Counted from the first letter of the stretch, positions 1-5,760 are shown. The stretch is DNA of 6,386 nt from a virus (IMGVR_UViG_2529293138_000005:1-6386); one strand, 5' to 3'. Notes: generated by a model from the sequence alone, not told the origin. Made by a program: numbers and translations.

Positions 1-288
1 ATGAAACTTAAATATTCTGGCTTAACTGCCAGCGGCACCGCTCGGCCTGAAATCCGTAACGGCGATATTTACCGCGATAAATATGGCGGCATGGTAACGA
101 TTAAAGGCGTGGCAGAACGGCGCATCACCTACCGCCGTGAAGGTTACGAATATGATTGCGTGATGCCTGTTTATCAATTCCGGCGTGATTTCACGCTGGT
201 AGGCCAGCGTAAAGCCGTTAATCAGAAACGTGCAACAGGTTATATCCGCAAAATCCGTGAAATGCTGGTCGCAGGGGGTAAGAAATGA
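1..288 (+). CDS. Hypothetical small basic protein (95 aa); begins at the window edge, so may be 5'-truncated
   Basis: Uninterrupted ORF in the same orientation as the downstream operon. Its stop TGA (286-288) overlaps the next ATG (285-287) as ATGA, suggesting translational coupling. No recognisable family motif. Confidence 0.45.
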   Translation: MKLKYSGLTASGTARPEIRNGDIYRDKYGGMVTIKGVAERRITYRREGYEYDCVMPVYQFRRDFTLVGQRKAVNQKRATGYIRKIREMLVAGGKK

Positions 289-452
289 AACTGGCACCGA
301 ACGTAAAACGATTACCGAAAGATAAATACACCGATGCGATTATTTTTGCGGGTATTGATGCTCACTCATTCGCAGAGCATTACATCATTGCACAGGCCAA
401 AAAAGCAGGCGATCCAGTCCCTCCCGTTTATCTGGGGGCGTTAATCAGTTAA
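285..452 (+). CDS. Hypothetical small protein (55 aa), absent from the supplied ORF track
   Basis: ATG at 285 preceded by a strong Shine-Dalgarno-like GGGGGT at about 273-278. Hand translation gives MKLAPNVKRLPKDKYTDAIIFAGIDAHSFAEHYIIAQAKKAGDPVPPVYLGALIS with TAA at 450-452. Start overlaps the upstream stop. Confidence 0.4.
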   Translation: MKLAPNVKRLPKDKYTDAIIFAGIDAHSFAEHYIIAQAKKAGDPVPPVYLGALIS

Positions 453-502
453 GCGAACTGGATAACCTCCAGATTGTTGATGATGGGCGATACAGGGCGA
501 CG

Positions 503-1684
503 GTGATACGCGCCGGAAATATTGAAGAGCCGCAGCTGTTAACCATCGCCACGAAACTGGCGATCGCCGGAGTCCAGGAGGCGCGGCTACTTTCTGAAAA
601 TTTCGAATTGCTGGAGGAATGGAGCGACCAGCTTCCACGGCTTAGGGAGACATGGGAACGCGGGGAAAGCCTGAGCAACCAGCGAAAAACCACGCTACCA
701 ATGAGCGTGGGATCTGCCGGATACGACACACAACTTGATTACGTGGTTAAGGGAATTATTCCGGCTGTATCGCTTTGCAGCATATACGGGGCGAGCGGTT
801 CCTATAAATCATTCCTTGCCGGATCGTGGGCGTGTCACGTTTCCACTGGCCGCCAGTGGGGATGCCGCAGGGTGGCGCATGGCGCTGTTCTCTATGTGGT
901 TGGTGAAGGCGGTATCGGCGTTCCTCGTCGTGTAAAAGCCTGGGAGGTTGTGCACGGTGAGCAGGTGAAAAATCTGTATCTGGTAAACCGTCCCATCTTT
1001 CCGGCTGCCCCGCTTGATGTTGATGAAATGGTTATCGCTGCCCGTCAGGTGGAACGGGAAACGGGTAAACCTGTACGCATGATTATTCTGGATACGCTGG
1101 CGCGGTGCTTTGGTGGCAATGATGAAAATGATTCCCGTGATATGGGGGCGTTTATCCGTGGGTGTGACGAACTGAAACGACGCACAGGGGCCACGGTGCT
1201 GGTGGTTCACCATTCCGGCAAGGATGAAACAAAGGGAGCGCGTGGTTCCAGTGCATTTCGTGCTTCGCTGGATGCTGAATACCGGATACGCAGGGAGGAC
1301 GCAGGAAGCGAAGCCCTGGTTATCTCATGCACCAAAATGAAGGATGCGGAGGAACTCAAAGAAGCCGCATATGACTTACGCGTGGTGGAGCTTTTTACCG
1401 ACGCTGACGGGGAGTTAATCACGTCGCTGGTGGTGGTGGATAAGCCGCGCCCTCCCGTTGAACTGGAGCGCATCGAGGAGGCTGGCAACAAGACGGAAAA
1501 CCATACCGCGCTATGGGGATGCATACGTTCACGCACACAGAACGGCGACAAGTGCACGATCCCGCTGTTACGTGATGACATGAAAAAACTGGGGTACGAA
1601 ATGAAAAACTTCCGGCGCTGGCTGTACAAGCTGGAAAAAGACAGGGTTATTCGTATCGATGGGGATGATGTAGCGCCGCTATAA
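503..1684 (+). CDS. Replication protein, RepA-like RecA-family ATPase (AAA_25-type helicase/initiator) with a C-terminal extension
   Basis: Motifs read directly from the translation: P-loop-like GASGSYKS, Walker-B-like MIILDTLARCFGG, and HHSGKDETKGARGSSAFRASLDAEY, typical of RepA/AAA_25 proteins. GTG start at 503; an in-frame ATG at 701 is an alternative start. Followed immediately by an iteron-like block. Confidence 0.75.
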   Translation: MIRAGNIEEPQLLTIATKLAIAGVQEARLLSENFELLEEWSDQLPRLRETWERGESLSNQRKTTLPMSVGSAGYDTQLDYVVKGIIPAVSLCSIYGASGSYKSFLAGSWACHVSTGRQWGCRRVAHGAVLYVVGEGGIGVPRRVKAWEVVHGEQVKNLYLVNRPIFPAAPLDVDEMVIAARQVERETGKPVRMIILDTLARCFGGNDENDSRDMGAFIRGCDELKRRTGATVLVVHHSGKDETKGARGSSAFRASLDAEYRIRREDAGSEALVISCTKMKDAEELKEAAYDLRVVELFTDADGELITSLVVVDKPRPPVELERIEEAGNKTENHTALWGCIRSRTQNGDKCTIPLLRDDMKKLGYEMKNFRRWLYKLEKDRVIRIDGDDVAPL

Positions 1685-1860
1685 AGTGAGGTGCAAAAGC
1701 GAGGTGTATAGAAGGAGGGCCAAAATTAGACCGCTACCCCTCACTTTTCGGCCTGTATACATCCTCAAAAGTGAGGGGCAAAAAAATACTTATGAAACAC
1801 ACACATAGAAAAAGCGAAAATCTCAAGCGAGACGGAGCCAGACACTTTAAAAAGTGAGGC
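1682..1860. repeat. Iteron-like repeat block (four copies of an AAAGTGAGG-type motif, one inverted); candidate origin or operator region
   Basis: Motif copies at 1683-1693, 1737-1751 (inverted), 1767-1778 and 1850-1860. Copies 1737-1748 (CCCCTCACTTTT) and 1767-1778 (AAAAGTGAGGGG) form a perfect 12-bp inverted repeat around an 18-nt spacer containing GTATAC. Region is AT-rich and sits directly after the rep stop. Confidence 0.5.
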
Positions 1861-1883
1861 GAAAAACTGAGAGTTTGCGAGAA

Positions 1884-2135
1884 ATGAACAAAATGCGTAG
1901 AGACAGAACAGAGCCAAAATATAAAGCGTTAGACATGACAGAGCACGCTTTAAAGGTGGCAATCAGAACGATAGACCGCCACGCGGGGGAAGGATACGCG
2001 AAGGAACATCCCGACATGATAAGCGCATTCATGACCACAGCAGCGGCAAACTTTGCCACGCTGACAGAACGGGAGATTGCCGAAGCGGAACAGGTAACAA
2101 CCATCAACGTTAAAACCGGAGAGCAGACAGCATGA
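1884..2135 (+). CDS. Hypothetical protein (about 83 aa), translationally coupled to the ssb-like gene
   Basis: ATG at 1884 with GAGAG about 10 nt upstream. The track's GTG start at 1854 lies inside an iteron copy and is less likely. Stop TGA 2133-2135 overlaps the ssb ATG at 2132 (ATGA). Confidence 0.5.
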   Translation: MNKMRRDRTEPKYKALDMTEHALKVAIRTIDRHAGEGYAKEHPDMISAFMTTAAANFATLTEREIAEAEQVTTINVKTGEQTA

Positions 2136-2555
2136 CAGCACAGATAGCGGCTTACGGACGGCTGGTGGCTGACCCGCAGTTAAAGACCACCAGCAAGGGT
2201 ACACAGATGACGATGGCGAGTATGGCGGTCCCCCTTCCGTGCAGCCAGGCAGATGACGGAGCGGCGACGATGTGGTTATCCGTCATGGCGTTTGGCAGAC
2301 AGGCCGACGCACTGGCAAAACAACCACAAAGGCGAACTGGTGAGCGTGGCGGGTAACATGCAGGTAAGTCAGTGGACAGGCCAGAACGGCGAAACGCGGC
2401 AGGGCTGGCAGGTTATCGCAGACAGCGTAATCAGTGCGAGAACGGCGCGACCTGGCGGCAAAAAAGGCCAGCAGGGGCAGGCTACTGATGCACTGAACAG
2501 GGCAAAACAACAGGCGGGTAACGATGATCCGTACGGGGATAACATACCGTTTTAA
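2132..2555 (+). pseudogene. ssb: Single-stranded DNA-binding protein (SSB) gene split by a +1 frameshift near 2317-2324
   Basis: The N-terminal part (frame of 2132) reads AYGRLVADPQLKTTSKGTQMTMASMAV...WLSVMAFGRQADALAK, an SSB OB-fold pattern. The C-terminal part (frame of 2253) reads HKGELVSVAGNMQVSQWTGQNGETRQGWQVIADSVI and ends in the acidic tail DDPYGDNIPF (compare E. coli SSB ...DDDIPF). The two halves are in different frames; removing one A from the AAAA run at 2317-2320 restores a continuous reading ...ALANNHKGELV.... Confidence 0.65.
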
Positions 2556-2571
2556 GCAACGAGTAACAGAA

Positions 2572-2593
2572 GCCGGAGAAGTCCGGCTTTTTT
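2572..2593 (+). terminator. Rho-independent terminator closing the rep-ssb operon
   Basis: Stem GCCGGA, loop GAAG, stem TCCGGC, then TTTTTT; located 17 nt after the ssb stop. Confidence 0.7.
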
Positions 2594-2600
2594 ATGCCCC

Positions 2601-2628
2601 AAAAAAAGCCCGGAGGGTCTTATCGGGC
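2601..2628 (-). terminator. Possible minus-strand terminator; with the previous hairpin forms a bidirectional pair
   Basis: On the minus strand: stem AGCCCG, 11-nt loop, stem CGGGCT, then TTTTTTT (complement of the A-run 2601-2607). No convincing minus-strand gene upstream of it in the window. Confidence 0.3.
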
Positions 2629-2710
2629 TTTTGCATATGAGGTTTTTTTGGTGCGCTGACACACATGATCGGGATAATAATTTCATAATTTGCAACATAA
2701 CTCAATATTA

Positions 2711-2738
2711 TTGCACAAAATGCAATCCTGATTATAAT
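2711..2738 (+). promoter_or_regulatory. Near-consensus sigma70-type promoter with an overlapping dyad, upstream of the head operon
   Basis: -35 TTGCAC (2711-2716), 16-nt spacer, -10 TATAAT (2733-2738). The -35 lies inside the dyad TTGCA-N5-TGCAA (2711-2725), and the -10 lies inside the perfect palindrome GATTATAATC (2730-2739). Confidence 0.45.
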
Positions 2739-2796
2739 CATGACTGGATGAACAATCCAGTTATGATTTTTAAGTTCGAAGAGGAATTTCTTACTA

Positions 2797-3002
2797 TGGC
2801 TGAAGAGAAAAAAGGCGGTGTTTCGGTGTACATAAGCTCCGACATCGTGGAGGCGCTCAAGGAACGCCACCAGCAGAACGTAAAAGCAGGCATTGCGGCA
2901 GGACTTGATCCACTGGCGATGGTTGAGCCGTCAACAGGCTGGCAGGTGCGCGCCTATTTACGTGCGGCGCTGGGCATGAATCAGACTCATGGGGGTGAAT
3001 AA
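2797..3002 (+). CDS. Hypothetical small protein (68 aa) at the head of the capsid operon; possibly a ribbon-helix-helix-like or scaffold-like protein
   Basis: ATG at 2797 with AAGAGGAA upstream. Stop TAA (3000-3002) shares a base with the capsid ATG (3002-3004). The longer track ORF starting at 2631 would overlap the promoter region and is rejected. Confidence 0.5.
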
Positions 3003-4057
3003 TGGCAGGCAAAGCAACGGCACTTACCACTAATCAGCTTTTCACGTACATGAATCGCGGGGATATTGCGGAATTTAAATTCAGTCCGCTGTTTACCACG
3101 CTGTTTTTCACGAACGTGGCGACATTCAGCACCCAAAACATCATGCTGGATACCCTGGACATTGAAGAAGTCACTATGTCGGCGTTTTGTTCTCCTATGG
3201 TTGGCAGCCAGGTACAGCGCGATAAAGGGTACGAAACCAGCACAATCAAACCTGGCTACATGAAGCCAAAGCACGAAATCGATCCAACAAAGACCATCAT
3301 GCGCATGGCTGGAGAAGATCCGGCACAGCTTAACGACCCTACCTACCGCCGTATGCGCCTGATTACTGGCAACATGCGCCGCCAGATAAACGCCATTAAA
3401 GCGCGCGTGGAATGGCTGGCGGTGAATGCGATAACGACCGGAAAAAACATCATTGAGGGCGAAGGCATAGAACGCTATGAAATCGACTGGAAGATACCGG
3501 GAAAAAACATCATAGAGCAGGCCAAAGGCCGTAAATGGTCCGAGCAGGACAAAGAAACCCACGATCCAATCTATGATATCGAGCTTTATGCGGATCAAGC
3601 AGATTGCCCCGCCAACGTCATGATTATGGGCGCAGAGGTATGGCGCACGTTACGCAGCTTTAAAAAATTCCGTGAACTGTACGATCTTTCCCGTGGTTCA
3701 GAATCCGCCGCAGAACTGGCCTGTAAAAACCTGGGCGAAGTGGTGAGCTTTAAAGGCTATCTGGGCGATATTGCCCTTATCGTCTATTCCGGCAAATATA
3801 CTGACAGCGACGGCACCGAAAAATATTTCCTTGAGCCTGATTTGCTGGTCCTTGGCAACACCAACAATAAAGGGCTGGTGGCCTATGGTGCGATTATGGA
3901 TCAGGAAGCGGTAAGAACGGGCGCAACGCAAAACATGTACTACCCGAAAAACTGGATTGAGGACGGCGATCCGGCGATTGAGTACGTGCAGACACACAGC
4001 GCACCGCAGCCGGTTCCGGCAGATATTCGCAAATTTGTTACCGTCAAAATTGGTTAA
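3002..4057 (+). CDS. Major capsid protein, lambda gpE family (351 aa)
   Basis: Collinear similarity to lambda gpE as recalled: FKFSPLF versus KFKFDPLF, TIKPGYMKPKHEIDP versus FTPGYVKPKHEVNP, DPTYRRMRLI versus DPAYRRRRII, FKGYLGDIALIVYSG versus YKGMYGDVAIVVYSG, LVLGNT versus MVLGNT, YPKNWIEDGDPA versus YPKNWVTTGDPA. Strong SD (GGGGGTGA) before the ATG. Confidence 0.9.
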   Translation: MAGKATALTTNQLFTYMNRGDIAEFKFSPLFTTLFFTNVATFSTQNIMLDTLDIEEVTMSAFCSPMVGSQVQRDKGYETSTIKPGYMKPKHEIDPTKTIMRMAGEDPAQLNDPTYRRMRLITGNMRRQINAIKARVEWLAVNAITTGKNIIEGEGIERYEIDWKIPGKNIIEQAKGRKWSEQDKETHDPIYDIELYADQADCPANVMIMGAEVWRTLRSFKKFRELYDLSRGSESAAELACKNLGEVVSFKGYLGDIALIVYSGKYTDSDGTEKYFLEPDLLVLGNTNNKGLVAYGAIMDQEAVRTGATQNMYYPKNWIEDGDPAIEYVQTHSAPQPVPADIRKFVTVKIG

Positions 4058-4068
4058 CGGGGGATTCT

Positions 4069-4404
4069 ATGGACACTCCATACATTGAGTTATTTGCAGG
4101 CAGTCAGCAGGTATCCACGACACTGGTACATTTTGCCGCTGATGCTGGCGTTATTCAGGAATTTACCCCGCTGATGCTGGCGGACAATGGCGAGTTTAAG
4201 CCGTGGGATGGTCAGGAATCTGGCAAGGCTGTTTATCTGACTTCGTACCCAGTGGACACGTCAACGCAGAAATCAGCACAGTGTTACAAGACGGGGATAT
4301 TCAATATTGCCGCCGTTAACTGGCCTGAGAGCGTCGACACCGACGTGAAAAAATGCGCCGCCTTTGCGGGTTCTGGCGTATCCGTTCAGCCGCTGGCGCG
4401 ATAA
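4069..4404 (+). CDS. Head decoration protein, lambda gpD family (111 aa)
   Basis: Similarity to lambda gpD as recalled: TPLMLADNGEFKPWDG versus TPLMLDTSSRKLVAWDG, and YKTGIFNIAAVNWPESVDTDVKKCAAFAGSGVSV versus [44 protein letters not shown] upstream. Gene order E then D is the reverse of lambda (D then E). Confidence 0.85.
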   Translation: MDTPYIELFAGSQQVSTTLVHFAADAGVIQEFTPLMLADNGEFKPWDGQESGKAVYLTSYPVDTSTQKSAQCYKTGIFNIAAVNWPESVDTDVKKCAAFAGSGVSVQPLAR

Positions 4405-4478
4405 GCAGGGGGAACGATGGCAGAAACCCAGGCGATGACGGCGACATCGATCGCATACTGAAAACCATCTGAGACAAG

Positions 4479-4500
4479 GCCGGAGAAATCCGGCTTTTTT
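4479..4500 (+). terminator. Rho-independent terminator after the decoration gene, immediately upstream of cosQ
   Basis: Stem GCCGGA, loop GAAA, stem TCCGGC, then TTTTTT. Differs from the terminator at 2572-2593 by a single loop base. Confidence 0.7.
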
Positions 4501-4572
4501 GCGGGTCCTTTCCGGCGATCCGACAGGTTACGGGGCGGCGACCTCGCGCGTTTTCGCTATTTATGAGCCTTT
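4501..4572 (+). other. Lambda-type cos site 1 (cosQ-cosN), rightward orientation; cosN GGGCGGCGACCT at 4533-4544
   Basis: GCGGGTCCTTTCCGGCGATCCGACAGGTTACG, then GGGCGGCGACCT, then CGCGCGTTTTCGCTATTTATGAG. This is near-identical to the lambda right-end/left-end junction as recalled (...ACGGGTCCTTTCCGGTGATCCGACAGGTTACG | GGGCGGCGACCTCGCGGGTTTTCGCTATTTATGAAAA...). Confidence 0.8.
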
Positions 4573-4574
4573 TC

Positions 4575-4651
4575 AGGTTGGTGGTGGTGGTTTTGTTGTT
4601 CGCTGTATCTCTATGAATAAAAAGGGAAAGATAACCACAAAACACCAACCT
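4575..4651 (+). repeat. cosB-like region of cos 1: inverted repeats around an A-rich spacer, unlike lambda R sites
   Basis: AGGTTGGTGGTGGTGGTTTTGTTGTT (4575-4600) and AACCACAAAACACCAACCT (4633-4651). The 9-bp cores AGGTTGGTG (4575-4583) and CACCAACCT (4643-4651) are exact reverse complements. Lies between cosN and the terS start, where lambda carries its Nu1-binding sites. Confidence 0.4.
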
Positions 4652-4692
4652 GAAGCATTAACTAAGTGTGGGTATTGATGAAATCGCACCTG

Positions 4693-5220
4693 ATGAATAA
4701 AAAAACCATGGCGCAAAGCTGCCGTGTAAGTGCTACAGCGTTCGACAAGTGGGGAGTGACTCCCGTTGAACGTAAAGGCCGTGAGGCGTTTTATGATGTT
4801 GCCAGCGTGATAGACAATAGGGTTAACAATGCAATTAACCAGGTTACAAACGACAAAGGCGATATTGATGATGATGAACTTTTACGCGTAAGAATCAGAT
4901 TACTGACAGCACAGGCGGAGGCGCAGGAGCTTAAAAACGAGCGCGAACGCGGCGACGTGATTGATACAGGTTTTTGCCTGTACGCGCTTTCAAAGCTGGC
5001 GAGCCAGATTTCTTCAATCATGGACAGTTTGCCGCTTACCATGCAAAGGCGCTTCCCGCAGATTACTCCCGCTATGCTGGATGGGCTTAAAAGGGAAGTG
5101 GTTAAAGCCTGTAATGCCAGTGCCACAGTTGCCGACAACCTACCGAAGATACTGGCTGATTACCTGATGGAAACTACCGGAGACGTACCGGAGAAGTTGC
5201 TACAGAAGAAAGTCGAGTAA
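4693..5220 (+). CDS. Terminase small subunit, lambda Nu1-like
   Basis: C-terminal half collinear with lambda Nu1 as recalled: LTAQAEAQELKNERE versus LTRAQADAQELKNARD, GFCLYALSKLASQISSIMDSLPLTMQRRFPQ versus AFCTFVLSRIAGEIASILDGLPLSVQRRFPE. The N-terminal putative DNA-binding region (MNKKTMAQSCRVSATAFDKWGV) is divergent. Start ambiguous: GTG 4666, ATG 4678, ATG 4693 or ATG 4708; 4693 chosen because it aligns with the Nu1 N-terminus. No large terminase ORF follows. Confidence 0.85.
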   Translation: MNKKTMAQSCRVSATAFDKWGVTPVERKGREAFYDVASVIDNRVNNAINQVTNDKGDIDDDELLRVRIRLLTAQAEAQELKNERERGDVIDTGFCLYALSKLASQISSIMDSLPLTMQRRFPQITPAMLDGLKREVVKACNASATVADNLPKILADYLMETTGDVPEKLLQKKVE

Positions 5221-5246
5221 CAGACGCGCAATTATTGAACAAAACT

Positions 5247-5450
5247 GAGAAACGACATGAAAGCGTCATAAATCGCCATTTTAGATGATTACCGTGTCGT
5301 TTCTTTTTATTGTGTATCTATTTAAAAACAAATAGTTATGTTCGAGAATTACCGACATGCTTTTTCCAGAAAAATTTTCATAAACAGATAAAAACCGCGA
5401 GGTCGCCGCCCCGTAACGGGCCATAATTCCAGGAAGGACCCGACGACACC
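5247..5450 (-). other. Lambda-type cos site 2 in inverted orientation (cosN AGGTCGCCGCCC at 5400-5411, i.e. GGGCGGCGACCT on the minus strand), with lambda-like R-site inverted repeats
   Basis: Reverse complement of 5343-5411 reads GGGCGGCGACCTCGCGGTTTTTATCTGTTTATGAAAATTTTTCTGG..., resembling the lambda left end (GGGCGGCGACCTCGCGGGTTTTCGCTATTTATGAAAATTTTCCGG). GAAACGACA (5249-5257) and TGTCGTTTC (5295-5303) are exact inverted 9-mers resembling lambda R-site cores as recalled. The cosQ-like side (5412-5450) is only partly lambda-like. Confidence 0.7.
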
Positions 5451-5475
5451 AGACAATCAGAACATCGGGAACACA

Positions 5476-5760
5476 ATGACAGAAGCCGAACTACTGAAAG
5501 TAATCTGCCGTATTACCGGAATCAGCCAGACAGCAGGCAAACAGGAGGCCACGCAGCCGGACAGCGTGATAGCCGAAAATTACGCGCGTGTGGTGGCTGA
5601 GGTGATGCGCCGTGATGGTATTGAGCTTAACGGCGTGGATATGCGCGACATACGGATCAGAGTTCTGGAGTTGTTGTCATATCGTCGCCGCGTGGAGATG
5701 TATCGGGAGAGCGAGAAAAAGACTTACCAGTGGAAGAAACCGGAGCGGCTGCGTACGTAA
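5476..5760 (+). CDS. Hypothetical protein (94 aa) immediately beyond cos 2
   Basis: ATG at 5476 with GGGAA about 8 nt upstream. No recognisable motif. Arg/Glu-rich C-terminus. Confidence 0.4.
   Translation: MTEAELLKVICRITGISQTAGKQEATQPDSVIAENYARVVAEVMRRDGIELNGVDMRDIRIRVLELLSYRRRVEMYRESEKKTYQWKKPERLRT

Noticed and set aside
22-297. Minus-strand ORF (91 aa) antisense to the first plus-strand gene
   Set aside because: Fully overlapped by a plus-strand ORF that belongs to a coupled operon; no start context; unusual composition.
441-729. Minus-strand ORFs 441..638 and 445..729
   Set aside because: Antisense to the rep 5' region; Ser/Arg-rich low-complexity translations typical of spurious antisense frames.
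809-1629. Minus-strand ORFs 809..1213 and 1207..1629, and plus-strand ORF 735..935
   Set aside because: All lie inside the rep gene, whose frame carries clear ATPase motifs; the alternative frames have no motifs.
1854-1883. GTG start at 1854 for the ORF ending at 2135
   Set aside because: The GTG lies inside an iteron copy and lacks an SD; ATG 1884 with an upstream GAGAG is preferred.
1765-2204. Minus-strand ORFs 1765..1962, 1847..2107 and 1950..2204
   Set aside because: Overlap the iteron region and the ssb operon on the opposite strand; no ribosome-binding sites; Cys/Phe-rich translations.
2253-2324. ORF 2253..2555 treated as an independent gene with its own N-terminus (MTERRRCGYPSWRL...)
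   Set aside because: Its first 24 codons are an out-of-frame reading of the ssb 5' half; only the part from about 2325 onward is SSB-like, so it is the 3' fragment of a frameshifted ssb.
2283-2510. Minus-strand ORF 2283..2510 antisense to ssb
   Set aside because: Antisense to a gene with clear SSB motifs on the plus strand; no start context or recognisable motif.
2592-2870. Minus-strand ORF 2592..2870 and the 5' extension of plus-strand ORF 2631..3002
   Set aside because: Both span the AT-rich promoter and terminator region; the translations are low-complexity (Ile/Asn/Phe-rich); the plus-strand gene more plausibly starts at ATG 2797.
2987-3997. Minus-strand ORFs 2987..3598, 3034..3249 and 3698..3997, and plus-strand ORF 3066..3263
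   Set aside because: All lie within the capsid gene, whose frame matches lambda gpE end to end.
4417-4461. 14-codon mini-ORF (MAETQAMTATSIAY) with a strong SD just after the decoration gene
   Set aside because: Too short to support as a gene; possibly a remnant of a deleted downstream head gene or a leader peptide. Noted but not called.
4316-5167. Minus-strand ORFs 4316..4648 and 4791..5138, and plus-strand ORF 4961..5167
   Set aside because: They overlap the cos site or the Nu1-like gene; the TerS frame has clear homology and the others do not.
5221-5342. Expected large terminase (gpA-like) gene downstream of terS
   Set aside because: No ORF of suitable size or motif follows terS; the region is instead non-coding cosB-like DNA belonging to the inverted cos.
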